From: Selaginella moellendorffii
Lineage: Eukaryota; Plantae; Lycopodiophyta
NCBI RefSeq assembly: GCF_000143415.4
Contig: NW_003314266.1
Coordinates: 1,448,463 to 1,512,462 of the forward strand
Length of the DNA stretch: 64,000 nucleotides
Direction: 5' to 3'
Under the pieces are notes generated by a model, which was given only the letters and a program-made list of their open reading frames with translations, ran no database searches and was not told where the DNA came from. This document shows positions 50,527-62,800 of the stretch, in pieces (position 1 is the first letter of the stretch; each line of letters starts with the position of its first letter). The position numbers and the translations under genes are program-made.

Positions 50527-50965
50527 ATAGCTAGCTTGTTTCGTTCATAGCTTAGCTCGCTGGATCAAGGCATTTTTTTTCTCTCGAAATGGTGCTGCTC
50601 GATCAAGCATTTTTTCCTCTTCATTCTTTTGCTCTTCGCTCTCGCTGGATCAAACAGTTAGCTGTGGTATTGTCTTCGCTCGATCAAGACATTCTTTTGC
50701 TCTTTTCTTCGTGTGCATTGCTTGTTTTTCTTCCATTTTTTCTTCTTAGCTTTTGAGCTGACAAATCTTCTCTTTTTTTTTCCCCATAGCTAGCTTGTTT
50801 CGATCAAACAGTCAGCTGGCATTTTTTTTTTTGTCTATCTTCGCATTTTCTGCTAATCTCTTCGTTTTTCCTCTTTAGCAGTGGCATTCTTTTGCTCTTT
50901 TCTTTTGTGTTCATTGCTTGTTCTTCCATTTTTCGTTGTAGCATGGAGTTGACAAATCCTCTCTT
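50527..50965. repeat. Imperfect tandem duplication in the MAG2 / DUF155 head-to-head spacer
   Basis: atagctagcttgtttcg at ~50528 and ~50786; cattcttttgctcttttctt...gacaaatc at ~50690 and ~50886. Confidence 0.65.
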
Positions 50966-50980
50966 TGCTACCAGGAACAC

Positions 50981-52168
50981 ATGTTTAATTCTCATGCTGT
51001 GACAAAGTTCCGCAGCGTTCTCTCGTCGGCATCGAGGAAGAGAATTCGTCTTCATGAATCTCCTCGACAAGAGCCCCTCAAACAGCTCCTTTCGCCACTG
51101 CCGGTATTTATTCCCAACGCTCACTTCTCGCGGAAGGCTTTCAAAGAAGCTCCTGCCAAGGAGAGATCTCCAAATGCCTCCGGACGGCGGCAGTACCCGG
51201 AAGTTCACAGCCAGCTCCGAATGAGAAACTCAGCTGCTCGGCCAGTCGAGGAAGACGAGCTCGGTTTTGAAGAGCAGGCCGAGGGTGAGATTTACGTCGA
51301 TCAACCAGAGGCCTACGTTCCCGTGGAGGCTCGTTTCTTCGCGCGAAGCGTCGACTTGAGAACACTCGCTCAAGAGAAGTCACTCGACATTGCGGTTTCA
51401 CGAAACCACTTGATCATCCGGCTCAAAGACGCTGCTTCTTCGAGTTCTCCCGCTGCCGAGGTGACTGGAGTTCCAACCATCGATTGCTGGAACGACGAAG
51501 GCTACATGGTCATCTTTAACTATGGAACCGCGGTGCTCTTCAACGTTGCTCCAGGAAAGGAGGAGGAGTATCTCAAGACAGTGAAGCAGCACTCCAAAGG
51601 CGTGTTTGACGAGCCAAACCGGGACAACTACTGTGTGGTAGTGAGGCCAACTTTGGATAAATGGAGCGAAGGCTCGGTGGACAGGATCATGGTGAAGGAA
51701 CTCGACGTGAACAGCATCCGTGTGGTGGCCGTGATATTGAGCCAGAGCATCGCGCTGGATCATTACACTAAACAGATCGACGCCATGCTGAAATCCTTCG
51801 ACGATCTCAACTTCATCATGCAGCAAACCGGGACTTTTAATCTCCAGCGGCGTGAGCTCTTCAAGCTTGTCGCATCCGTCAACACGGCTCTCGCGGAGAC
51901 GATCCTCAAGGCTGGACTGTTGGAGAGGTCCGACGTAGCCTGGCAGAACGCAAACTATGATAGCATCTGGGCCTTCATGCGCGAAGAGTTTGAGCTCGAG
52001 GACAGGTTTGAGAGCCTGGAAAAGAAGACCGGGATTATCCAGCACAACGTAGCGTTCTTCCTCGACATCCTACAGAACCGCAAGTCGGACTCCCTGGAGT
52101 GGATAATCATCGTTCTCATAGCTGCGGATATATGCGTGAGCTTGTACGAGATATTCCACGGCACGTGA
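50981..52168 (+). CDS. DUF155 / RMND1-Sif2-Sif3 family (RETARDED ROOT GROWTH-like), probably organellar, intronless
   Basis: VPVEARFFARSVDL; YMVIFNYGTAVLFN; ILSQSIALDHY; LLERSDVAWQNANY; FELEDRFESL; LQNRKSDSLEWIIIVLI. Basic Ser/Arg-rich N-terminus. Confidence 0.9.
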   Translation: MFNSHAVTKFRSVLSSASRKRIRLHESPRQEPLKQLLSPLPVFIPNAHFSRKAFKEAPAKERSPNASGRRQYPEVHSQLRMRNSAARPVEEDELGFEEQAEGEIYVDQPEAYVPVEARFFARSVDLRTLAQEKSLDIAVSRNHLIIRLKDAASSSSPAAEVTGVPTIDCWNDEGYMVIFNYGTAVLFNVAPGKEEEYLKTVKQHSKGVFDEPNRDNYCVVVRPTLDKWSEGSVDRIMVKELDVNSIRVVAVILSQSIALDHYTKQIDAMLKSFDDLNFIMQQTGTFNLQRRELFKLVASVNTALAETILKAGLLERSDVAWQNANYDSIWAFMREEFELEDRFESLEKKTGIIQHNVAFFLDILQNRKSDSLEWIIIVLIAADICVSLYEIFHGT

Positions 52169-52332
52169 AGATCTTTATTCAGGTTCGACTTCGAGAGTTT
52201 ACAAAGAAAAAACAAACTTACGTTTATCTTGGCGTTTCTGAATCAGGTCCCGCGCTTCTGTGCGCTACAGGAAGGTACAGATGAATTCTACTCTTGAAAC
52301 ACTACAGGTTGTTGATATTGTTTTGCCAGAGG

Positions 52333-54196
52333 TCAAAATGCGATCTTTTCGTCGAGTGTTGTCCTTGGTCCGGTGTATGTCCACTTGCCATACACTTGCC
52401 AGTAGACGACACCGACTCCAATCGTTCCAACGAGCGACAACGGGGTGTAGTTGAAGCTCTGGATTCCAATGGGAAACTTTGGCGGCAGGCAGAAAAGAAT
52501 TGTAATGAGAATCCCCCAGAGGCTTCCCCAAGCTCCAAGGTAGACTCCAAAGCCATGTAGAGTATACGGTCCTGGTGGATGCTTCTTACCGCTCGGTGCG
52601 TGCTTGCAGAAGAGAACTATGATGTAAGGTATCCAGGCAGTGACAGTCGACATGGCTGCTATAGCAGTGAAGGCCACGGAGCTCCCGGAAGATGGTAGTG
52701 TTGCTAGGAAGGCTATAGCAACAGTGGCAAAGGTGGCGTTCACAGGGACTCTTTCTCGAGCAGTCAGTCTAGTGAGGAAGGCTTGGAAGGGAATGCTGGC
52801 GTCTCTAGCCATGGCATAGACCTGTGGACAAAACGGCTTAGCAGGAAACATCGTGAAGTTTACTTACGCATCGAGCAGTCAGTGTGACGTTGATAATGTT
52901 GGCGAAGAACAACGACGTTGCTGCGAGACCCGTGAAGAGGACCGCTCCAACGTTTCCACGTTTGAATCTGGCTTCAAAGCAATCGTAGAAGAGCTGGATT
53001 CCAGCCGACTCGAGTCCTCCGCCTGGAAAAAGAACTCGATCCCGGCCAAGATCATCTTAAAGTTTACCAGTTGCTGTGTCGAAGGCTAGCAGATTCTCGG
53101 GTTTTTGGATGCAGAAGGTCATGATGAAGAGCAGCAGCATATCGATCCCGGCCGTGAGATAAGCGCTTCGTATCATAGCACGGGGACCAGCAATGGCCGC
53201 AGTCTTTACTTCCTCGACAATGTGGGATCCGACATCAAAGCCCGTGAGCATAGCCTTGGAGGAAAAAAGAGCAAGCTTGAGAAAAAGAAGTGGCAGAACA
53301 GGATCTCACCTGAAAGTAAGGCAGTCCAGCAGCCACGATCATCCACGAGCTGTGGAGCTCTTGGCCGGGAGCTCTCACGAATTCCGTGAAGACAAACTTG
53401 GGGCTCTGGAACTTGGGACTGATCCCGAGGAGTGTGACGCCGACAATGAAAGTCGCAGCCATTTGGAACCAAGCTCCAGCACTGCTCAAGTATCCAAGCC
53501 ATTTCGAACTGACGACTGACACTCCCAAGTGAGCGGCAAATGCCAAAGTGGTGACGAGCGTGACCTTCACAGCAAACCAAGTGAGCATCCCAAAACTTTC
53601 TTCTTCTCAAAGCTTACTTGATAGCTGGACAGATTGAAGCCGCCACCCTGCGCTCCTCCAGTGCTGAGAAGTATCATCTTCTGAGCAAACTTCGCGAGAA
53701 GGTACTCGTTGAGCGCGGTTCCACAGAGAGCTCCGACCAGGTAGATCCAGCCGACGAGCCACGAAAGCCAGTGCATGCCCGGACAGAGCTGCGCAACCCA
53801 GTAGTAGACACTCCCAAGAGTCGGGAAGGTGGAGTAAACTTCGGCAATGGCAAGCAGCACGCTCAAGGTTCCGAGAGTGGTGACGAGCATTCCCAAGAAG
53901 ATGACGAGCGGGCCACCATAGCAGTACATGTAACCGTAGTATCCAGTGACGAAGCCGAGCGGGGCGGTGTAGGAGAAAGTATAGGCGAACTGCTGGAAAG
54001 GTGTCATGACGCGCCGGTACTCCTGCTTGTAGCCGAGCTCGTTGAGCCGCCTCTCGTCCTCGTCTCCATCGAGCTCTGGATCGCGAGCTTCATCAAGATT
54101 TGGATCGCGAGCTCCTCCGGCTTTTGGATCACCAGCAATACCATCGTCTCCATCGAGTTTTATGGAGACAGCAGCCGGGAGCTCGCAGCTGCTCAT
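52333..54196 (-). CDS. BAT1: APC-family amino-acid permease (BAT1/GABP-like), multi-exon
   Basis: DERRLNELGYKQEYRR; YGGPLVIFLG; IAEVYSTFPTLGSVYYW; SWLVGWIYLVG; LTGFDVGSHIVEE; VYAMARDASIPF; FNYTP...WTYTGPRTTL. Confidence 0.88.
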
Positions 54197-55060
54197 TGCG
54201 ACAGAGGCGGAGGAGGAGCAAGCTACTTACAGAGGTAAAGTCTTTTAAGGTTTTCCCATATCGTCCATCTGTTTTCCTTGTTTTTCTTCTGTTCGTACTG
54301 GCAGCGCCCATATGGCATGGGAAGAAAAGCCTGCAACGGAATGCATTGATGGTCTGGTAGGGAGCGACAGGACGAAGTTGACGGCTTCCACTCTGTAAGT
54401 TGGTGTGAAACTAACCTTCTGATCTCCTCGCTCTCCATTTTGCCGAGCCAGATTTCCGAGAGAACGAGATCTTGGTTATATTATCAGAAGTTTGTGCATG
54501 ATCATCTTATAATCTACTTCCAGTGAGTGCTTTCGTCACAGAAGAAGTGAAAGAAAAACTCATAGCTGCCACGCTCGTTACGAAGAACTATAGAAATTTT
54601 ATTAGGAACTCCATCTCCAAGCTCATCCATTGTTGGTTTGTCACATCTTGGGTTCCACGTCAATCTGGAAACTACCAGGTCGTCATATATAATTTGATAT
54701 CGTGTCGCACTCATCCATGGACAACAAACGTGATAAATTTCCGTCCTTGATATCCATGTTTTTAAATCCTTGACGACACCTCGACGGAATATCCGCTACC
54801 CGCATATTCCGCCGCGAAACCGTCCAGGTACAATGCACAGCGCAGCCTCACGTGCGCTTATCCCGGATCCCTCGATCCGACGGCCTATAACGTTCCAGCT
54901 TTTCTTGGAACTCTTTCTCGTGGCGAAGTTCTTTTTAAACATCACATAAACTTCGATCCAGAGAGGCTATCCATCATCGCTCTCCAAAAGAGGTTATACA
55001 CCATCGTTCTCCTTATAGATCACAGTTCTCCCAGGCTATAGATCATATCCACAGTTCTCC

Positions 55061-56386
55061 ATGGACGCTTCCACCAAGCGAGGAGGATCAGGATCCGCGA
55101 GTGGCTTCTTCCAGGACCGCTACTCGGCAAAGCGCCCAAGAGCATCATCGCCGCCGCCGCCCCTCGATCCGGAAGAGGGCCTCGTCTCCATCCGCCACGA
55201 ATTCGGCGAGCACGGCGGCGTCAACATGTCCATCGAGGCCTCGTCCACTTTCACGGTGATGGAGGCCGAGACCATGGGCAAGATGTTCAAAGGTGAGCTC
55301 GGCCCGGACCGCGACTTCTACATCTACAGCCGCCACTTCAACCCCACGGTGCTCAACCTGGGCCGCCAGATCGCCGCCATGGAGGGCACCCAGGCCGCCT
55401 ACTGCACCGCCAGCGGCATGTCCGCGGTAGCCAGCGTCATACTGCAGCTGTGCGACGCCGGCGACCACGTCGTCGCCTCCAACCGCCTCTACGGCGGCAC
55501 CTACGCGCTGCTGCGTCACTTCCTCCCCCGCACCTGCGGCATCGCCACCACCTTCGTGGACGTGACCGACACCGCCGCGGTGGAGCGCGCGGTGGCGTCG
55601 CGCGGCACCAAGATCCTCTACGTGGAGTCCATCGCCAACCCGGTGCTCACCGTCGCGGACATCCCCGCGCTGGCCGCCATCGCCCACGCTCGCAGCGCCG
55701 CGCTGGTGGTGGACAACACCTTCGCGCCCATGGTTCTCTCGCCGGCGCGGCTCGGCGCGGACGTGGTCGTGCACAGCATCTCCAAGTTCATCAGCGGGCA
55801 GAGCGACGTGATCGCTGGCGCGGTGTGTGGCCCGGCGGCGCTCATCCGCGACATGATGGGACTCCAGCACGGAGCTCTGATGCTGCTCGGCCCGACCATG
55901 AATCCAACAGTCGCGTTTCACGTATCGGGCAGGCTTGCGCATCTCGGACTAAGAATGCGCGAGCACTCGTCCCGGGCGATGGAGTTTGCGAAGAGGATGA
56001 AGAGCATGGGTCTCAAGGTGATATATCCGGGGCTGGAGGATCACCCGCAGCACGAACTTCTCAAAGCCCTGGGGAACGAAGGCTATGGCTATGGCGGGGT
56101 GGTGGCGGTGGACTTGGACACGGACGAGCGGGCCAATCGGTTCATGCACTACTTGCAGAACTTCACCGGGTTTGGGCTCATGGCGGTGAGCCTCGGGTAC
56201 CACGAGACTCTCATGTCGTGCTCGTCCTCGAGCACGAGTAGCGAGCTGAACGAGGCGGAGAGGGCCGAGGCCGGCGTTGGAGCCGGGCTTGTGAGGCTGT
56301 CGGTGGGATACACTGGGACGCTGGAGCAGCGGTGGAAGCAGCTGCATGATGCGATTGTGGCGCTCGGTATAGCTCGGAAAGCTTAG
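55061..56386 (+). CDS. MGL: Methionine gamma-lyase, intronless
   Basis: RHEFGEHGGVNMSIEASSTFTVME; YIYSRHFNPTV; TASGMSA; VVDNTFAP; PLP lysine in VHSISKFISG; GLMAVSLGYHETLM; GLVRLSVGY. Confidence 0.95.
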   Translation: MDASTKRGGSGSASGFFQDRYSAKRPRASSPPPPLDPEEGLVSIRHEFGEHGGVNMSIEASSTFTVMEAETMGKMFKGELGPDRDFYIYSRHFNPTVLNLGRQIAAMEGTQAAYCTASGMSAVASVILQLCDAGDHVVASNRLYGGTYALLRHFLPRTCGIATTFVDVTDTAAVERAVASRGTKILYVESIANPVLTVADIPALAAIAHARSAALVVDNTFAPMVLSPARLGADVVVHSISKFISGQSDVIAGAVCGPAALIRDMMGLQHGALMLLGPTMNPTVAFHVSGRLAHLGLRMREHSSRAMEFAKRMKSMGLKVIYPGLEDHPQHELLKALGNEGYGYGGVVAVDLDTDERANRFMHYLQNFTGFGLMAVSLGYHETLMSCSSSSTSSELNEAERAEAGVGAGLVRLSVGYTGTLEQRWKQLHDAIVALGIARKA

Positions 56387-56402
56387 CTTGTAAATGATTT
56401 GA

Positions 56403-57763
56403 TCACTTGAAAGCTTTCTTGAAGCCTTTCCAGACTTTCATCTTGGCGTGCTTGTGCTTTTTGTGTTTGCCGTGCGAGTAATGGCCGTGTCCACCACCTG
56501 AGAGTAAGAATCGAGACGTGAAAACCACTACTGTAGCGAAACGAATGAAACCATACCCGGTGTGTGACCATAGCTTCCGTGCTTTTGGTGAGGAAATGGT
56601 GGTGGAACAACCGGGTATCCGTGCGGAGGAGCGGGACTGCCGTAAGGAGCTACTGGCTTGTGATGAGGATCTTGGTGAGAGCTTGACGATCCTTGCGGAT
56701 ATGGATTGTAGCCTGCCGGAGGATAGCCTCCTGGAGCTGGAGGATAGCCATGTCCTCCTCCTGGAGCTGGAGGAGGATATCCCCCAGGAACTGGAGCTGG
56801 AGGATAGCCATGTCCTGGAGCTTGGGGATATCCTCCAGGAACTGGAGCTGGAGGGTAGCCTCCAGAATGAGGAGGAGGGGGAGGATATCCTCCAGGAAAT
56901 GGCGCTGGAGGATAGCCCCCGGCTGGAGGATACGCTGATTCCATATGGCCCTTCTCGTTTTTGTGAGCTTTGTCCTTGGATCCAGTCTGCTATAAGAAAG
57001 CAACAAAGAAAGTATGAGTTTTCCAGTATTGTTTCTGTGGAGGATGGTTTTACCGCTTGGCTGAAGTGCATGATCAATCGGAGCTCCCCAGCGTGCCTGG
57101 ATTATACGTGAAGATCAGAGAAACGAAAACTGGTTTGCGAGATCGACTTACTTTCCACTTCGTGATGACAGTGGCCAGGCATTGTCATCGTAACCCGAGG
57201 AGATCACTTTCTCGAGCTGCACCCTTCGAGTTTGAGCAGCACACGGTTTCTCTGAGAAAACTGGAGAAGCAGTAAAGTTTACCTTCCCGTGCCGATGAGA
57301 TCATCCATAGCGAGCGTATTGCTGTTCCAGACTTGGACATGAAGCTCACGGAGGCCTTCTATCAATGAGAGCGTGAACTTATCGTTGAAAGAAGGATTTT
57401 TCCCACCATCTGGAACGAGAAAAACGAAGAAAAAGTTAGAACTTGGGAGACAATCCCCCTGAGAGATAATCCTCAGGAGTATTGTCTCTCAAGATCGCAA
57501 AAATCCACCAGGAGCGAAGGAAATCTTTCTCACCAGTGTCAGTCTTTGTTCTATGCTTTTGCGTTCCATACTCGACAATCACGTATGGATCCTGCCGAGA
57601 CAACCACTCCGTGTTCCTCAAGTTCTTGCCGCCAACAACTGGGAAGCAAACGCCGATCAGACCCTAGCAATGTGGGTTTTTTCCGAGCTAGATCCTCCCA
57701 AATCCTAGAAGAAATGCGATGCTTACCATTGATTTCCAGCGATTGGCCTTGAATCCCATACAT
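56403..57763 (-). CDS. C2 (CaLB) domain protein with a Pro/Gly/Tyr-rich tail, multi-exon
   Basis: MYGIQGQSLEIN|VVGGKNLRNTEWLSRQDPYVIVEYGTQKHRTKTDT|DGGKNPSFNDKF...NSNTLAMDDLIGTG; HAGELRLIMHF; GGYPPAP repeats; final exon GGGHGHYSHGKHKKHKHAKMK...FK*. Confidence 0.88.
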
Positions 57764-57972
57764 TGGAATGCGCACCGCCGCTCACTCTCTCGCTGACCAA
57801 ATCACTCACTCCTCTTCAAATTAGAACAGGATATTCTGTGATCTATTCGAATAGGATATTCCGTCCATATTGAGGATAAACCGTGAAAACGTTCCTTCAA
57901 TGTACGCTTGCCACGTGTTAGGCCTTTCCTCTGTGGCAGATTCGCGAAATTAGGGCAGGGCTAGAACATTTG

Positions 57973-58362
57973 ATGGCCCGCGCTCGATACAGGGGATTGC
58001 GGCCGATCTTGTCTTCGATTCGCGCTCCTAGGGCCAAGGCACCGCTATTGATCCACAGCCGGAGCGGCCACAGCGGCGGCGGCAAGCCCTGGCAGGAGAG
58101 CGTCTATGTCGACAGGGATCCCAGTCCCGTTCGCAGGCTTGAGCATGTTCTTCGCGAGCACAAGATTTGCAAGGCGGCGCCCAGTTGGCTGCCATTCGTC
58201 CCCGGGAGCTGCTACTGGGTACCTTCCAAGGATCTGGCGCTTTTACCCGGCGACGCATACGGCTTCGTGAAGAGTTTGGGGGCAAGCGAAGCTTGCGATA
58301 TGGTCAAGCGGCTGCGCTTGAATGATTCTCCTCGGCTTCCAGCGGAAAAAGGTTCGCCATGA
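57973..58362 (+). CDS. Small conserved plant protein of unknown function, likely organelle-targeted
   Basis: Arg-rich N-terminus. The motif RRLE...APSWLPFVPGSCYWVP resembles a conserved uncharacterised land-plant family (APxWLPFxPGxSYWVP). Confidence 0.65.
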   Translation: MARARYRGLRPILSSIRAPRAKAPLLIHSRSGHSGGGKPWQESVYVDRDPSPVRRLEHVLREHKICKAAPSWLPFVPGSCYWVPSKDLALLPGDAYGFVKSLGASEACDMVKRLRLNDSPRLPAEKGSP

Positions 58363-58959
58363 TTTTTTCTTTGCGATTTCGTTCCTCGAGGACGCTCTAA
58401 TGATCTCTCTTGTAAATTCACAGTGGTCATTGTTGTAGAGCCTGTGGATCCTGATGATCAATCCGGAGACGCTTAATGTACAGGGTGTGGTCACATTTTA
58501 TTTGTCAGCTGGTAATCCACAGCGTTTCTATCACTGGATGGTAAGAAACGCAAATTAATGCCCGCGATCCCACGCAATTTTCCTTGAGCTTGAGATCATA
58601 CAAGAGGTTTAATAGACACTCCTGTTCTAGAAACCAGCATCCATCGTCATGAAGAAGGTTTTGGGATTTGACATGCCACCATGATCCGTCGCCAGGAGGT
58701 TGTTTCAATTGATTCCTCTGCGTCCATGCTGCCTGCATCATAGCGTTTGTGAGCCGCGAGCTCATGGTCCACATGATAATATGTGTGTAGAAGTTATTTA
58801 AAAAGTTTTCCTTTTTCTATTTTTTTTTTTAACTTAATTTTAGAGTAGGGCGGAAAAAGGTATGCCTTAGTATTTTCTTTGTGATCAATTGTAAATTCTC
58901 AGTGACCGATCAAGCGTAATGTTCAGGGTAAAGAAATCTAGAGTAGCTATACATTCTTT

Positions 58960-59850
58960 GTCGAAGAAAAGGTGGCCCGGCAAGACGAAGAAGAGATCCT
59001 GTAATCCAGTCGCGGTTGCCCAAAGACATCCAACACTGCCTCATCACCCTCCACCCTCTGCCGCTTTCGCTCCCTCTCAAAGCAGCAATCCTCCAGCATC
59101 TTTAGCAACTCAGACGGTTTTAAGATTCGCATCTCACCCAAAGGTGTTCACTCTCCCCCTCCCAAAGGGAAGCAGTACTTTTGCCTCCATAGGCACGGGC
59201 TTGGTACTGGCCTCCTGTTCTGGTCCTGCATAACTTCGTGGTGCTCAATCCAATTGCTACAAGGCAGCTGCTTCCGCTGCTGGATAATCCGTGCGTCTTC
59301 ACTGCTATCCATCGTTGTCGCCGTGACTGTCAGGCCTGGTGGGTGCATGGTCGTAAACCTGTATGATTCAAGGGTAGCGGCGTGGATCTCTGGTGCAGAC
59401 TTCCCTGTGCCAGACCGGGCCAATGGCGATCTCTTCTGCTGTACCAGACACGGCTTGAAGTGCTCCAGGACGATTATCAGTTCTTCACTGTTTCCCCGGG
59501 TGATGTGACGACGCTCAAATCGTTCAACGTGTGGAACCCCAAGGCCACCCTCCGAACTTTGGCAACCTGGACGAGCCTCCCGTTGGGCTTTGAACGGCAA
59601 CCCTTGTACACAGAGGCGGCTGCATTTGCTGACAAAAACGGCTTTGCAAGAAAGAATATGTCTCTCATCTCTTGTGGAGGTAAGTCTTCATTCTTGTGTG
59701 GCATAACTTAATGATTATGCTTACTTGCGCTTGGTATGCTGGAGCCAGGTGAGGACAACAGCCAATTTAGAAATCGCAAGTTTGGTTTTGTGTACCTGGA
59801 GAAGGGGAGGCAATGGCATGAGCAATATCTTTCTGCCCCAGAAAAATTCT
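58960..59850 (+). pseudogene. Probable F-box/kelch-like pseudogene
   Basis: SRLPKDIQHCLI (F-box start), TGLVLA, FVVLNP, NLYDSRVAAW, with several stops and frameshifts. Confidence 0.45.
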
Positions 59851-62800
59851 AAGTAGACATTTATGGTAGCTGTTGGAAGCAAATATAGTAGTGAGGTAAC
59901 ACTATTATTTTATTCCGAGTGGGATGCATCTTAGATCTGGCTTCTGGTAACTCATATACCATATATTGGCACCACTTGCAATTTTGCACGGGACTCTATG
60001 CAAAGGATAATCTGGCCCCCTCAGGCTGTATAATCACAATGTAAGTTGCTCCATCTTTTCTCAATGGTTTTTATTTTTTTCTTACATGTTTTACTTGTTA
60101 TACGATGGATTAGCTCTGTTTTACATAATCTAAATGAAGGTATTAAATTTATAAATTATTAATACAGGATCGATCTAAATAAATAACAACCATAAATATA
60201 ATATAAAATATTCTAGAATATTAAGCATATTCTAGTGCAAAAAAATTATTATAATTTTTTTATACAATTATAAACACAAGATTAATCTAGCTGAATATAG
60301 CAAAATATACTATTATATTTATATATCTTTTAGACTTATGCTTCTATAAACCAGATTTGCTTATATAAACTATTCATTCATTGATATTAATTTAGGTTAA
60401 TAATTTGTACATTTTTAAGTAATAATTTCTGATGATACAATAGTCTATTATAGATTGCAATTATAATAAAAACTAGAAATTTGCATGTAGCAAATTCCTG
60501 GCTTATTTTTTATTTTTTATTTATTTATTATCAAATATAGATAGATATGTGAGTGTTCAGGATGTAAAAATAGGTAAAATAACTGATTGGAGCAAATAAC
60601 ATAAGCTCAATAGGGGATTAGATGTCTACTTGTATGCAAAAATGGATGGATCATGTCTGAAATAGATAGTCCATATTCTATAGTGCTATAATTATTATAT
60701 TACTTAGATAGGGTAATACATGTATAATATTTGTTATATATATATTAGATAATGTATTAAAATATTATAATATAATACATATATCCCTTTAAAAGATGAA
60801 AAGGTGATAATGATAAGTTAAGTTGAATATCTGAAACTTCTATTGGGTGATTATGTATTATCATAAAAAGCTTGAAACTCTTATAGAACTATGAATGTAG
60901 TTGCTAACAACCATGATAGAAACAAAACTCAAAATTATGGCATAAATATCAGTCTATTATAAAATCTTAATGAAATAACTATGCAGTTACCAAATGCTCA
61001 AATAAGGAAGTATGAGAGATAAATTTGTTTTAACCTTAAAGTTATAACATTGAACAAATGAAAGGATTTTGAGAGTTATTGTAGTCCACAAAACACTATT
61101 GTAGCAAATAATATGTTCCATCTCTAATTTTTTTATTAGCCATCCCTCAAGACTATTGTTAATAAAATTAATGATTATCACAATAACTTGCCTTTGTGTC
61201 TTCCTTTTTATCCATATTCAAGACCTGTGTTAACTTAGACTTATGACCTTCTTCCTTGTCTAACATTGTATATAAAAAGTCAAATTCACTCTAATCATCC
61301 TCTATATCTTTGTTATCCCTTCCTTTAAGTATTTTTTTTTTAAGTATCAACTCTATTTATATTTATTATGTTTATCCTCACTTTGTTATTTATATTCGAT
61401 CTCACTTCATTACCACATCTGTTTGGCCTCACTATGTTAGGTTGAATGTTTCAGATTTAATATATTCATCCTCATTCTATAATTTATGTAGTTCACCCTC
61501 ACTCCACTATTATATTCACTTGTCCGTCACTTCTTTAAAGAATTTTTTTTTTAAAGCATCATAGCAAATAGAAGAAAGCAAGAAAAACTAAAAAAGAACT
61601 ATTGTACATAAAAAAACATTAGAAGAGGAATTTTTAATATCTGTCAAAGTAGAAAATGAAGAAATAATTAAAAGGAAATTCAAAGCTTTGAGAATAAGAG
61701 ACTTCTTGTTATAAAATGTTTTAACTATCACAAGATAAGCGAAAGATTCACACCACTCAACCTCCTCAATACATAACTCATTATTTAAAATGGGAAAATA
61801 AATAGAAAAGTCTATACTCTCAAGGGAATATAAATTTTTCAATAGCAATAATAAAATAAAAGTTTTCAATGACACTCACAACCTAGGATACAGACTCAAC
61901 ATGAAACTCTAAAGTCCTAAAATAGAAAAATATTTAACACATAAATGATTAAAGACTTCACTAATGAAACAAAAATAAAATTTTTAACTTCATATATATG
62001 CTTAATATCTAGATTAATATAAGAGAATAGAAAATATTCAACTCAACACTAGATTGAGGATAAAATTTATAATAGTCACAAAGAATTGGCATAATATAGG
62101 TGATAATCCTCATGATTATAAACATTCTAGTTTTGACCTTCAAAAGATAATATTCTTAAATATATACTCACCTTCACACTTACTCTGATTGAGGCCGAGG
62201 GCTGGTTGCCATTGTTTTTGTAAAATTTTTGTGGATGTTTGCATTGGCCAATCAGAGATTAGCATAACTTGAGAAAAAGAAGAGAAATGCAACACATTGA
62301 CTCAAGGCAATTCACAGTGGAGAGAGTGTTACTTTGGTGGGAGTTTTGGCAGCTGAGAGATCTTGCAAGAAGAGGACACTGGATTTGGAGCTTGTTGTCC
62401 AATCTATGTCCTGTGGGGAAAAAGACGATACAGCTGTAATGGCTGATCTGAATTCTCTTTATGTGGATGGTGTTCAAGCTGAGGCAAGTCTAGGTGTTTT
62501 GGATGGCAGCAAGCATGGGCAAGAGTGAGGCCCGGGGATGCTAGGTGTGGCAAATCACATTTACTTTCACATTTACAACAATCTTATAGTGATATGGTGT
62601 TATTTGAAGTACTTGTTGTAAAGTTAATATGATTTCATGTTGCAATATTTGTTCTGCAAGTGAAAAAGTCCAAATTCAAGAACTTACACTAAACCAAATT
62701 AAGTTTTGGACTAGGTTTTAATAGCCTTGTAGGGGAGTGGGGCATGCTGACTCTGTCACTAACCTGATGCTGGTCTTCTGTTGGAAAGGTGGATTATGAG

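Noticed and set aside
55145-56347. Long alternative and antisense ORFs over MGL (likewise over CYBDOM, MAG2, DUF155 and BAT1)
   Set aside because: Expected from high GC3 and scarcity of stop codons; the translations are low-complexity Arg/Pro/Gly.
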